Of a DNA stretch of 64,000 bases, positions 30,030-40,978 are shown in pieces. The DNA is from an uncultured delta proteobacterium. Its GTDB lineage: Bacteria > Desulfobacterota > Syntrophia > Syntrophales > UBA5619. Location of the stretch: NCBI GenBank assembly GCA_963817385.1, contig CAWFOM010000031.1, forward strand, positions 96,001 through 160,000, given 5' to 3'. Numbering within the stretch: the stretch's first letter is position 1; each line of letters starts with the position of its first letter. Under the pieces are notes generated by a model, which was not told where the DNA came from, ran no database searches, and was given only the letters and a program-made list of their open reading frames with translations. Both the position numbers and the translations under genes were made by a program.

Positions 30030-32165
30030 ATGGCACTCAACATGGATGCAATCGGCAAGAAGATCGGCCCCATGAAGAAGGATTACACCTGGAAGGACGT
30101 GATTCTCTACGCAGTCGGCGTGGGAGCGGGGGTCGACGAGTTGGAATACACCTATGAGAAGAACCTGAAGGTGATCCCCAGTTTCTCCATCGCGGCGATC
30201 TTCGATTTCCTCGGTCAGGTCGGCGTCGCCTCCAACGTGAATCTGGCCGGGATCCTCCACGGCGAGCAGGAGCTGATCTTCCATAACCCGATCCCCACCG
30301 CGGGGGCGCTCACCACGGAAGGCAGGATCACCCACTACTACGACAAGGGGCAGAAGGGGGCCCTCGTCGTGGCCGAGAGCGATACCTTTCATTCGAACGG
30401 CACAAAGCTCTTCACGAACATCATCACGGTCTTCGCCCGCCTCGACGGCAACTTCGGCGGCGAGGACGCCCCTCCGAAGATCATCGAATTCCCGGAGCGG
30501 GAGCCCGACTTCGCCGTCGACGCCGCTCCTTCCCCCAACCAGGCGCTCCTCTACCGCCTCTCGGGCGATATCTTCCAGCTCCACGTCGATCCCGAATTCG
30601 CCACGATGGTCGGTTTCGACAAGCCGATCATGCACGGTCTGTGCACCCACGGCTTCGCCTGCCGGGCGCTGATGGCAAGCATCACGCCCGGGAAGCCGGA
30701 GCTGGTCCGGCGGCTCGCCTGCCGCTTCTCCCGGCCCCTCTATCCCGGCGACCCGATCCGGACGCTCATCTGGAAGACCGCCGAGGGGAAGGCCGTCTGG
30801 CGGACGATCAACACCCGGACCGGCGAGACGGTGATCGACAACGGCGTCTTCGAATACGGCGAGATCCCGAAGGACGAGATCCGGTTCGACGGGCGGGTGG
30901 CGATCGTCACCGGCGCGGGCGGCGGGCTCGGCCGCGTCTACGCCCTCGAATTCGCGAAACGGGGCGCGAAGGTCGTCGTCAACGACCTCGGCGGCGCCCG
31001 GGACGGATCGGGCAAGGGCTCGAAGACGCCCGCCCAGAAGGTCGTCGAGGAGATCAAGGCCCTGGGCGGCGAGGCGATCGCCAACTACGACACCGTCTCC
31101 ACCCCCGAGGGAGGCGAGCGGATCGTGAAGGCCGCCCTCGACGCCTTCGGGACGGTGGACATCCTCATCAACAACGCCGGGATCCTCCGGGACAAGAGCA
31201 TCCTCAAGATGGAGCCCGACACCTGGCAGGCGGTCCTCGACGTCCACCTGAACGGCGCCTACCACGTGACGAAACCCGCCTTCGCCGTCATGAAGGAGAA
31301 GGGGTACGGCCGGATCGTCATGACGACCTCCGCCGCCGGCCTCTACGGGAACTTCGGCCAGACGAACTACAGCGCCGCCAAGATGGGCCTCGTCGGCCTG
31401 ATGAACACCCTCAAGCTCGAAGGGGCAAAGTACGACGTCAAGGTGAACACGGTCGCCCCGATCGCCGCCTCGCGGCTCATGGCGGACATCATCCCCGCCG
31501 AGGTCCTCGAAACGATGAAGCCGGAGTTCGTCGCGCCGCTCGTCCTTTTTCTGTCGTCCGATAAGTGTCCGGTAACGGGACGTATCTACAACGCCGGCGT
31601 CGGCTACTACGGCCGGGCCGCCGTGATGACGAGCCCCGGCACGGTAATCGGCGACGGAAAACGAGTCCCCACGCTTGAGGAGGTAGGGGCGGCCTGGGAA
31701 CGGATCCAGAGCCTCACGGGGGCCAGGGAGTACGGACAACTGGGGGACCTGATGGGCGACATGCTCGCCGCCTTCACCCCGAAGCCGGTACAGTCCGCCC
31801 CGGCGCCTTTAAGCGCTCCGGCCGCACCGGCAGGCGGCGGAGGGGTCGCTTCGGTTGCGGCCGTCTTCGAGAAGATGCCCCAGGCCTTCCGGGCGGATAA
31901 GGCGGCGGGGGTGAACGTCGTCTTCCAGTACACGATCGCGGGCACCGGCGGCGGGGATTGGTTCGCCGAGATCAAGGACGGCGCCTGCAAGGTCGCGGCG
32001 GGAAAACATGCGAGCCCCACCTGCACGCTCGCGATCGCCGCCGCCGACTTCCTCGACCTGATGAACGGGAAACTCCCCGCCATGCAGGCCTATACCTCGG
32101 GGAAGCTCAAGATCGGGGGCGACATCATGAAATCCCAGCTGATCGAGAAGCTCTTTAAAAGATAG
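30030..32165 (+). CDS. MaoC (R)-enoyl-CoA hydratase - SDR dehydrogenase - SCP2 fusion (MFE-2-like)
   Basis: ILHGEQ and YRLSGDIFQLHVDP...PIMHGLC; TGAGGGLG, NNAGILRD, YSAAK; C-terminal SCP2 AYTSGKLKIGGD. Confidence 0.9.
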   Translation: MALNMDAIGKKIGPMKKDYTWKDVILYAVGVGAGVDELEYTYEKNLKVIPSFSIAAIFDFLGQVGVASNVNLAGILHGEQELIFHNPIPTAGALTTEGRITHYYDKGQKGALVVAESDTFHSNGTKLFTNIITVFARLDGNFGGEDAPPKIIEFPEREPDFAVDAAPSPNQALLYRLSGDIFQLHVDPEFATMVGFDKPIMHGLCTHGFACRALMASITPGKPELVRRLACRFSRPLYPGDPIRTLIWKTAEGKAVWRTINTRTGETVIDNGVFEYGEIPKDEIRFDGRVAIVTGAGGGLGRVYALEFAKRGAKVVVNDLGGARDGSGKGSKTPAQKVVEEIKALGGEAIANYDTVSTPEGGERIVKAALDAFGTVDILINNAGILRDKSILKMEPDTWQAVLDVHLNGAYHVTKPAFAVMKEKGYGRIVMTTSAAGLYGNFGQTNYSAAKMGLVGLMNTLKLEGAKYDVKVNTVAPIAASRLMADIIPAEVLETMKPEFVAPLVLFLSSDKCPVTGRIYNAGVGYYGRAAVMTSPGTVIGDGKRVPTLEEVGAAWERIQSLTGAREYGQLGDLMGDMLAAFTPKPVQSAPAPLSAPAAPAGGGGVASVAAVFEKMPQAFRADKAAGVNVVFQYTIAGTGGGDWFAEIKDGACKVAAGKHASPTCTLAIAAADFLDLMNGKLPAMQAYTSGKLKIGGDIMKSQLIEKLFKR

Positions 32166-32177
32166 GAGGGACACACT

Positions 32178-34945
32178 ATGATCGGAATCACATCCTACGG
32201 CGCCTACATCCCCCGCCTGAGGCTCGACCGCATGGCGATCTTCCAGGCGATGGGCTGGTTCGCCCCGGCGATCATCATGGTCGCCCAGGGGGAGCGCTCC
32301 ATGTGCAACCACGACGAGGACGCGCTCACGATGGCGGTCGCCGCCGCCCGCGACTGCCTGACCGGGAAGGACAAGCGGCAGATCGACGGGAGCTACCTCT
32401 GCTCCACCACGCTCCCCTTCGCCGACCGCCAGAACGCCGGCATCGTGAAGACGGCCCTGAACCTCCCGGACGCGATGATCACCGCGGATTTCACCTCGTC
32501 GCTCCGCGCGGGGACGACCGGGCTCCTGACCGCCCTCGAGGTGGTGCAGGGGGGAAGCCGGAAGAGCATCCTCGTGACCGCATCCGACAAGCGGGAGACG
32601 AGGCCCGCCTATTTCTACGAGATGTGGTTCGGCGACGGGGCGGCCGCGATGCTCGTCGGGACGAAGGACGTCATCGCCGAGTTCAAGGGGTCCTACACGG
32701 TCTCCTACGACTTCGTCGACCACTACCGGGGCGCGGGGAAGACCTATGACTACATGTGGGAGGAGCGCTGGGTCAGGGAGGAGGCTTATTCAAAATTCAT
32801 CCCCGAGGCGGTGGGCGGCCTCATGAAAAAAATCGGCATCACGATGGACGACGTCCAGAAGGTCGTCTTCCCCTGCCTCTTCAAGGCGGAGCACAAGGCG
32901 ATCGCCAAGACGCTCGGGGCGGCGCCGGAGAAGGTGATCGACACGATGCACGAGGTGTGCGGGGAGACGGGGGCGGCCCATCCGCTTCTGATGCTCGCCG
33001 CCGCCCTCGAACAGGCGAAGCCCGGCGACGGGATCCTCCTGGCCGGTTTCGGCCAGGGGTGCGACGCCCTCTACTTCAAGGCGACGGAGGCGATCGCGAA
33101 GCTCGCCCCCCGCAGCGGCGTCAAGGGCTCCCTGGCAAACAAAAAGACGATCGACAATTACATGAAGTTTTTAAAGTTCCGGAACCTCATCGATCCCGAG
33201 ATGGGGATCCGGGCGGAGGCCCCGACCCAGACGGCGATGACGGTCCTCTGGCGGAAGCGCAAGATGCTCACCGGCCTCGTCGGCGGGCGGTGCCGTGACT
33301 GCGGGACGCCCCAGTTCCCGAAGATGGACATCTGCGTAAACCCGAAATGCGGCCACGTCGACACCCAGGATGACTACGAATTTGCCGACGTCACCGCCCG
33401 GATCAAGACCTTCACGGGCGACCTCCTGGCCGTCTCGGTCGACCCGCCGACTACCTACGGGATGATCCAGTTCGAGGGGGGCGGCCGCTTCATGGCGGAT
33501 TTCACCGACTGCGAGCTCGCCGACTGCAAAGTCGGGCTCCCGGTGAAAATGGCCTTCCGGCGGCGCTTCACCGACAACGAGCGGGGTTTTACCGGCTACT
33601 TCTGGAAGGCGGTGCCCCAGCCCGGGGCCGCGGTCGCCCTCCCCGAGATCCGTTTCGACGGCCGGGTGGCGATCGTCACCGGCGCCGGCGCCGGCCTCGG
33701 CAGGAGCTACGCCCTTGAGCTGGCGAAGCGGGGCGCGAAGGTGGTCGTCAACGACTACGGCGGCCCCCGCGACGGCGCGGGAAAGGGCTCCAGCACGCCC
33801 GCCGACAAGGTTGTCGAGGAGATCAGGACCGCGGGCGGAGAGGCCCTCGCGAACTACGACAACGTCGCCACGCCGGAGGGGGGCGAGAAGATCGTCAAAA
33901 GCGCCGTCGACGCGTACGGCGGGGTGGACATCCTCATCAACAACGCCGGGATCCTCCGCGACAAGAGCTTCCTCAAGATGGACCCGGAGAACTGGCAGGC
34001 GGTCCTCGCCGTCCATCTGAACGGCGCCTACAACGTGACTCGCCCCGCCTTCGCCGTCATGAAGGAGAAGGGGTACGGACGGATCGTCATGACCACGTCC
34101 GCAGCCGGCCTCTACGGAAACTTCGGCCAGACGAACTACAGCTCGGCCAAGATGGGTCTCGTCGGCTTCATGAACACCCTCAAGATCGAAGGCGCCAAGT
34201 ACAACATCAAGGTCAACACGATCGCCCCGATGGCCGCCTCGCGGCTCACCGAGGACGTCATGCCGCCCGATATGTTCCAGCAGTTGAAGCCCGAGTTCAT
34301 CGCCGGGATCGTGCTCTACCTCGCCTCCGAGAACTGCGCGGAGACGGGAGAGATCTTCAACGCGGCGGCCGGTTTCTTCAGCAGGGCCGCGATCATGACC
34401 GGCCCGGGGACGACCCTCGGCGGCGGGAAGGAGATCCCCACCCCGGAGGAGATCCGCGACCAGTGGGCGAAGATCGACAGCCTCGAGGGAGCGAAGACCA
34501 TAACCGACGCCAACACGGCGATCATGTCGTTCCTGACGCCCCCCGCCCCGAAGCAGGAAACGGCAGAGCTGCTGCGGCGGGGACCGCCGGGAAACCAGCC
34601 GATGCCGCGGCCGGCGGCGCACCGGACGTAAAAGGGATCTTCGCCCGGATGCCGGAGGCCTTCCGGCCTGAGAAGGCGGCCGGGGTAAACGTCCTGTTCC
34701 AGTTTGCCATCTCCGGTCCGGGCGGTGGCGACTGGGTCGTCGCCGTGAAGGACGGAACCTGCAAAATCGAGGCGGGAACAACGGAGAAGCCCACGACCAC
34801 CATCAGGATGGCCGACGGGGACTTCCTCCAGCTCATCGCCGGCAAGCTCGACGGGATGCAGGCCTACAGCTCCGGAAAGCTGAAGGTCGAGGGCGACATC
34901 ATGAAATCCCAGCTCATCGGGAAGCTCTTCAAATTCGGGAATTGA
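32178..34945 (+). CDS. HMG-CoA-synthase-like - DUF35 - SDR - SCP2 fusion, frameshift near 34565
   Basis: GITSYGAYIPRLR, DEDALTM; CRDCG..FP...CVNPKC Zn ribbon and OB fold; SDR YSSAK; SCP2 continues in ORF 34463-34945. Confidence 0.82.
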
Positions 34946-34952
34946 GGGAATA

Positions 34953-35050
34953 CGTCACCCCGGCGAAAGCCGGGAGCCAGCAAAGCACTGGATTCCGGCT
35001 CTCGCCGGTATGACGATCATCAAGGGTTTTCGACTTTTTACGAGTGCAAC
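34953..35050. repeat. REP-like nested palindrome
   Basis: CGTCACCCCGGCGAAAGCCGG...CCGGCTCTCGCCGGTATGACG followed by GACTTTTTACGAG. Confidence 0.6.
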
Positions 35051-35105
35051 AACATTGAATAACGCCCCGCGGGGCTTTCCTGAAAGCATAAAGGAGGGAT
35101 ACATC

Positions 35106-36314
35106 ATGGCTACTGGAATCAGAGATAAGGTAGCGATTCTCGGGATGGGGTGCAGCCGCTTTGGGGAGCGCTGGAATATGGGGGCCGAGGAGCTTCTGGT
35201 CGAGTCCTTCCAAGAGTGCCTCGCCGACGCTGGGATCGAAAAGGACCGGATCGAGGCGGCCTGGTTCGGCCACTGTATCGATGAGACTGGCCTGGGGAAA
35301 AGCGCGACGCCTCTCGGCGTGACCCTCCGGCTTCCCCGCATCGCGATCACCCGGACGGAAAATTTCTGCGCCACGGGGACGGAGGCCTTCCGGGGGGCCG
35401 TCTATGCGGTCGCCTCCGGGGCGTACGACATCTGCCTCGCCATCGGCGTCGAGAAGCTCAAGGACACCGGCTACGGCGGACTCCCGAACGCCGGCTCGGG
35501 CTTCGGGACGCTCGTCTGGCAGTGGTTCCCCAACGCCTCGGCCCCGGGCCTCTTCGCCCAGCTCGCCTCGGCCTACGCCGCGAAATTCCATGTCTCCGAC
35601 AAGGATCTCAAGCGGGCGATCGCCCACGTCTCGATGAAGAGCCACGCCAACGGCGCGCTCAACCCCAAGGCGCACCTGAGGAAGGCCGCCACCCTCGAGC
35701 AGATCATGGCCGCCCCGATCATCGCCCATCCGCTCGGGCTCTTCGACTGCTGCGGCGTGAGCGACGGGTCCGCCTGCGCGATCGTGACGACGCCCGAGAT
35801 CGCCAAATCTCTCGGGAAAACGGATATCGTCTCCGTCAAGGCGCTCCAGCTTGCGGTATCGAGCGGCTACGAGGGGGGCTTCAACGAGTGGGACGGAGAG
35901 CATTTCGTGACGACGAGCAAGTGCAGCACGCGGGCGTTCGAGGAGGCGGGGATCAAAAACCCCCGGGAGGAGATCAGCATGATGGAGCTCCACGACTGCT
36001 TCTCGATCACGGAGCTGGTCACCTACGAGGACCTGCACATCTCCGAGCGGGGCCATGCCTGGAAGGACGCCCTCGACGGCTTCTATGACCGCACCGGGAA
36101 GATCCCCGCCCAGGTGGACGGGGGGCTCAAGTGCTTTGGCCACCCGATCGGGGCCTCGGGCCTCCGGATGATCTACGAGATGTACCTCCAGCTTTTGGGA
36201 AGGGCCGGGGAAAGGCAGCTCAAAAACCCCCGCTACGGCCTGACCCACAACCTGGGCGGCTTCCCGCACCAGAACGTCTGCGCCATCTCGATCGTCGGCA
36301 GATACGAGAACTGA
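35106..36314 (+). CDS. SCP-x-type thiolase (acetyl-CoA acyltransferase)
   Basis: ENFCATG, ELHDCF, GHPIGASG, HNLGG. Confidence 0.92.
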   Translation: MATGIRDKVAILGMGCSRFGERWNMGAEELLVESFQECLADAGIEKDRIEAAWFGHCIDETGLGKSATPLGVTLRLPRIAITRTENFCATGTEAFRGAVYAVASGAYDICLAIGVEKLKDTGYGGLPNAGSGFGTLVWQWFPNASAPGLFAQLASAYAAKFHVSDKDLKRAIAHVSMKSHANGALNPKAHLRKAATLEQIMAAPIIAHPLGLFDCCGVSDGSACAIVTTPEIAKSLGKTDIVSVKALQLAVSSGYEGGFNEWDGEHFVTTSKCSTRAFEEAGIKNPREEISMMELHDCFSITELVTYEDLHISERGHAWKDALDGFYDRTGKIPAQVDGGLKCFGHPIGASGLRMIYEMYLQLLGRAGERQLKNPRYGLTHNLGGFPHQNVCAISIVGRYEN

Positions 36315-36325
36315 GGAGAAGGATC

Positions 36326-37468
36326 ATGGAAATACTGCAATATACCGAAGAACACCGGATATTCCGGGATGCGCTGAAACGGTTCCTCGCCAAGGAGGTC
36401 ACCCCCCACGTCGAGGAGTGGGAGGAGGCGGGAATCGTCCCCCGCGAGGCGTGGAAGAAGATGGGCGAGCAGGGCTTTCTCGCGATGGGCGTCCCCGAGG
36501 AGTACGGCGGCCTCGGGGCCGATTTCCTCTACTCCGTCATCGTCATGGAGGAGCTGATCCGGACGAACCACTCGGGGCTCGCCGCCCCGCTCCACAGCGA
36601 CATCATCGTCCCCTACATCGTCGCCTTCGCCTCCGAGGAGCAGAAGCACAAATACCTCCCCGGCTGCATCTCCGGCGACATCATCACGGCGATCGCCATG
36701 ACCGAGCCCAATACCGGCAGCGACCTGGCGGCTATCAAGACCACGGCGGTCGAGTCCGGGGACGAGATCGTCCTCAACGGCCAGAAGACCTTCATCAGCA
36801 ACGGCATCAACTGCGATCTCCTGGTCCTGGCCGCCCGCGACCCCTCCGTGGAGACCCCCCATGCCGCCGTCGATCTCTTCCTCGTCGAGGCGGGCACCCC
36901 CGGCTTCGACAAGGCGAAGCGGATCAAGAAGGTCGGCTGGCACAGCCAGGACACGGCGGAGCTCTACTTCACCGACTGCCGGATCCCGAAGGCGAACCGG
37001 ATGGGGGACAAGGGGAGCGGCTTTATCAAGCTCATGCAGCATCTCCAGCCGGAGCGGCTCGTCTGCGCGATCGGCGCCGTGGCGGCGGCCGAGTACATGC
37101 TTGAAATCACGATCCAGTACTGCAAGGAGCGGACCGCTTTCGGGAGGCCGATCTCCAAGTTCCAGAACACCCAGTTCGAGATCGTGGAGATGGCGACCGA
37201 GGTAAGGCTAGGGCGGACCTTCATCGACAAGCTGATCGCGGACCACATGGAAGGAAAGCAGATCGTCATCGACGTCTCGATGGCGAAGTACTGGACGACG
37301 GAGATGGCCTCCCGCGTCGCGGACCGCTGCATGCAGCTCTTCGGAGGCTACGGATACTGCGAGGAGTACCCGATCGCCCGGGCGTGGCGGGACATCCGGG
37401 TGACCCGGATCTTCGCCGGGACCAACGAGATCATGAAGACGATCGCCGCGCGGTTCATGGGGTTGTAG
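36326..37468 (+). CDS. Acyl-CoA dehydrogenase (long-chain type)
   Basis: AMTEPNTGSD, NGQKTFISNG, QDTAELYF, QLFGGYGY, GTNEIMK. Confidence 0.95.
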   Translation: MEILQYTEEHRIFRDALKRFLAKEVTPHVEEWEEAGIVPREAWKKMGEQGFLAMGVPEEYGGLGADFLYSVIVMEELIRTNHSGLAAPLHSDIIVPYIVAFASEEQKHKYLPGCISGDIITAIAMTEPNTGSDLAAIKTTAVESGDEIVLNGQKTFISNGINCDLLVLAARDPSVETPHAAVDLFLVEAGTPGFDKAKRIKKVGWHSQDTAELYFTDCRIPKANRMGDKGSGFIKLMQHLQPERLVCAIGAVAAAEYMLEITIQYCKERTAFGRPISKFQNTQFEIVEMATEVRLGRTFIDKLIADHMEGKQIVIDVSMAKYWTTEMASRVADRCMQLFGGYGYCEEYPIARAWRDIRVTRIFAGTNEIMKTIAARFMGL

Positions 37469-37548
37469 GCGTGGGGTTCGGCAAGGTGTAGCCTCGACAG
37501 GCGCGGATCTTTTTCCGACCCCGTGCGTGCAACGGTTTTAAACTGCAA

Positions 37549-37577
37549 TTGACAACAGGTAATACGCTGAGTAACAT
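37549..37577 (+). promoter_or_regulatory. sigma70-type promoter
   Basis: TTGACA-N17-TAACAT. Confidence 0.5.
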
Positions 37578-37640
37578 CACTTACCGTATTGAGTAAATTG
37601 TAAGCCCGTCTTGTTCACGCCGTTGAGGAGATTCGCCGGG

Positions 37641-37802
37641 ATGTACCGTCGCCCCATGTACCTTACGCTGGTCAAGCGGCTGAAAGAACCACGCCGGGTT
37701 ATCCAGGTTCTCACCGGAGCTGCCGGCAGCGGGGACGGCATCCCTCTGGAAAAATTTCTGCTCACCCCTGCAGTGAATTGGGTTTCGAAGCTATTTGCAT
37801 GA
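37641..37802 (+). pseudogene. Internally deleted AAA-family ATPase (DUF4143-type) remnant
   Basis: MYRRPMYLTLVKRLKEPRRVIQVLTG breaks off where Walker A should start and joins GDGIPLEKFL, a C-terminus-like motif. Confidence 0.6.
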
Positions 37803-37824
37803 CCGGCCCCAGAAAGGTATCCGT

Positions 37825-38730
37825 ATGAAACCGACCACGGCATTGCGCAAGATCATGTCACGGCCCGGCTGCACTATGGCGGTCTCCGCACATGATCCCC
37901 TGCTCGCCCGTCTCGTCGAGCAGGCAGGATTCGATATGATCGGATTGTCGGGAAACGCCGTTTCGGCCTCCTACCTCGGCTTACCCGATATGGGCTACCT
38001 CAACCTGAGCGACATGGCCAACGTCGCGCGGCGGATCGCGGCGGCGGTTTCCATCCCCGTCCTTGTTGATGTAGACACCGGTTACGGCAACCCCATGGGC
38101 CTCTGGCGCACAGTGCGTGAGCTGGAGCAGGCGGGGGTGGCGGGGATCATCATCGAGGATCAGATCGATTACAAGAAGTGCAGACTGATCGAGGCGGGGC
38201 ACCCGGTCATACCCGCTGAGGAGCACGCGGCCAAGATCCATGCCGCTTGCACGGCGCGAACAGACCCGGAGTTCGTGATTGTTGCCCGGACCGATGCGGC
38301 TGCGGATCATGGGCTGGATGAGGCCATCCGGCGAGGATTCCTCTATGCGGAAGCCGGTGCGGACATGCTTGATGTTGAGGTCCTCGGCACCCCGGAAGAG
38401 GTCGAGCGGATCGGCAAAGCCGGGCTACCCGTGCCGCTGAAAGCGAACATGGATGAAGGCAAGAAGCTCTGGCTCAACGACCTCTCGGTGCTCGAAGCGG
38501 CCGGTTACAAGGTTGCATCCTATCCCGGTGTTGTCCGCTATGCGGTCGTACACGCCGTGCGTGAAGCACTCGACCACCTGAAACAACACCGTTCCAGCAT
38601 CGGCATGAAGGACCGGCTTGCCACGGTCGACGAGTATTTTTCGGCGGTGGATCTGGATGTACACCTTGAGATGGAAAAACGACTTCTGCGACCATTCGAG
38701 GGGAAGAGTCTACCAGGTCGGAAACCGTGA
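37825..38730 (+). CDS. Isocitrate lyase/PEP mutase family lyase
   Basis: LGLPDMG, DVDTGYG, IEDQ...KKC, IVARTDA. Confidence 0.88.
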   Translation: MKPTTALRKIMSRPGCTMAVSAHDPLLARLVEQAGFDMIGLSGNAVSASYLGLPDMGYLNLSDMANVARRIAAAVSIPVLVDVDTGYGNPMGLWRTVRELEQAGVAGIIIEDQIDYKKCRLIEAGHPVIPAEEHAAKIHAACTARTDPEFVIVARTDAAADHGLDEAIRRGFLYAEAGADMLDVEVLGTPEEVERIGKAGLPVPLKANMDEGKKLWLNDLSVLEAAGYKVASYPGVVRYAVVHAVREALDHLKQHRSSIGMKDRLATVDEYFSAVDLDVHLEMEKRLLRPFEGKSLPGRKP

Positions 38731-38757
38731 AATAACGGCTTCCGACCTGCTCACGCC

Positions 38758-40846
38758 TCACGTTTTCCGCAGCCTCTGCATCCCCATGACCAGGGCGAAC
38801 AGGGCGATTCCGATGTAGTCGAACAGGGGTTTGGGGTAGACCAGAAGCAGACCCGCCAGGATCAGCGTACAGCGTTCGAACAGGGTCGTTTTCTTAAAGA
38901 GCCAGTTCTGCATGCCCGCCGCAAGCGCGGCGATTCCGATCATCGCGGTGATGCTCACCACGGCAATTTCCCCCCAGTTGGCATTCGCAAGGGTCTTGAA
39001 CGAACCGGTCAAGAGCAGGCCCTGACCGGAGGGGTCGAGAACGAACATGAACGGCACCAGGAACGCCGGCATCGTGTACTTCCAGGACTGCAACGTCGTC
39101 TTGTAGGGATCGCCGCCCGTGATCGCGGCAGCGGCGAACGGGGAGAGCGCGGTCGGCGGCGACACTTCGGAAAGGACCGCGTAATAGAAGATGAACATGT
39201 GCGCGGCAAAGTCCGGCACGCCGAGCAGGATCAACGCGGGTGCGGCGATCACCGCGCAGATGATGTAGCTTGCGGTCACGGGCACCGCGAGACCGACAAT
39301 CCATACGATCAGAGAAGTGAATATCGCGGTGAGCAGGAGTTTGAAGCTATGCAGGAGGTCAGCGGTATTTGCGGCACCTAAGGCGACGAACAGATCAACA
39401 AAGAAACGGCTTCCCGAATCCGCATAATCGAGAACGATCGAACTGAATTTGAGCCCGAGCCCCGTAAGCGTGACGACGCCGACGATGATCCCCGCGGCGG
39501 CACAGGTGGCCGCGACATTGAGCATGCCGACCGAGCCGCCTTCGAGGGCTTTGATGAGTTTCGACCGGAAAAAGCCCCTGATGACCGGCTCGCGTCCGCG
39601 GAAAAAGTCGTAGGAAAGGAGCGCGCAATCCCGGTGCAGAAAACTCGTCACGAACGCGACCACGGTCGCCCAGAAGACCGAGAGGATCGGCGAATAGCCG
39701 AGCATCATGAAGAAGATGATCGAAACCAGCGAGAGGAAATGAAAGCCGAAATTACGGGTGAGATCCCAGAGCTTCTGTTGCTTCTCTACCGGCGCTCCAT
39801 GCGTACCGAATTTGCGCGAATCGATCTCGACCATCAGAAAGATCCCGAAGTAGTACAGGATGGTCGGGATCGTCGCCATCAGGATGACATCAAGGTAGGA
39901 GATCTTGAGGAATTCGGCGATCAGGAAAGCCGCGGCGCCGAGAACCGGCGGCGAGAGGATTGCGCCGATTCCGCCGGCGGCAAGCAGCCCCCCCGCCGGG
40001 TCCTTCGCGTACCCTGCCTTGGCGAGCATCGGATAGGCGACCGACCCCAGTGTCACCGTCGTTGCAACCCCGGAACCGGACGGTCCGCCGAGCAGGAACG
40101 AGGCCAAGCACCACGGTGCGCCCCGCGCTGCTGTGTTTGCCCCCCATCGCCGCGAAGGAAAAGTCGATGAAAAATTTGCCGGCGCCGGAAAACTGGAGGA
40201 ACGCGCCATAGATCGTAAACAGGATGATAAGGGATGACGACACATCGACGGCCACGCCGAAGATCCCCTCGAGGGTCATGTACATGTGGCCGGTGAGCCG
40301 CGAGATGTCGTAGCCGCGGTGCGTCCACGGCGCCGGGAGATGCGGGCCCACCATCGCATAGACGATGAACATAACCACGACAAAGGGCATGATCCAGCCC
40401 GAGGTCCGGCGTGCGGCCTCCAGGATCAATACGATGAGAACGGCGCCGAGAATCTGATCCCACACCATGGGAGACGTCGCGCGATCGCCGAAATCGTCGC
40501 CCCAGTAGAGCATGTAGCCGATGATCGCCACGCCGAGGAGCGCGCCGGCGACATCCCACCACATGATGCGGTGGCGGAAGCGGGGAAGGATCGGGAACAG
40601 CAGAAACGACAGGAGGAGGGTAAACCCGACGTGTACCGGACGAAGGACCTGCGCCGACACGATCGAGTATGCCGCGTACAGGTGAAACAGCGACATGATC
40701 ACCGCAATGGCGGTCAGGCCCGCTGCCAGCCGGCCCGTAAACTTGCTGGTTGCTCCCTCTTCCTCTTCGATGAATTCCTCGGCCTTTTTCAGGGCCTCTT
40801 CGCTGATGACGATTTCGTCGGCTGCCGGTTTTTCATTTTCCGCCAT
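38758..40846 (-). CDS. TRAP 4TM/12TM fused permease, +1 frameshift near 40105
   Basis: LEAARR, EGIFG, SGSGVATTVTLG, SPPVLGAAAF, EVSPPTAL; split at RTVVL/ASFLLGG. Confidence 0.88.
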
Positions 40847-40978
40847 ATCGCTTCCCTCGCGCGGACCCGAGGCGGGTCCGCCATACAGTCCCACCCGTCC
40901 CCGGTCCTCTCCATTTGGTCGGAGGGCCGGGGCGGTGGCGTCAACAGTCCGTGGTTCGGGTGCTTCTGCCGCCCGTCC

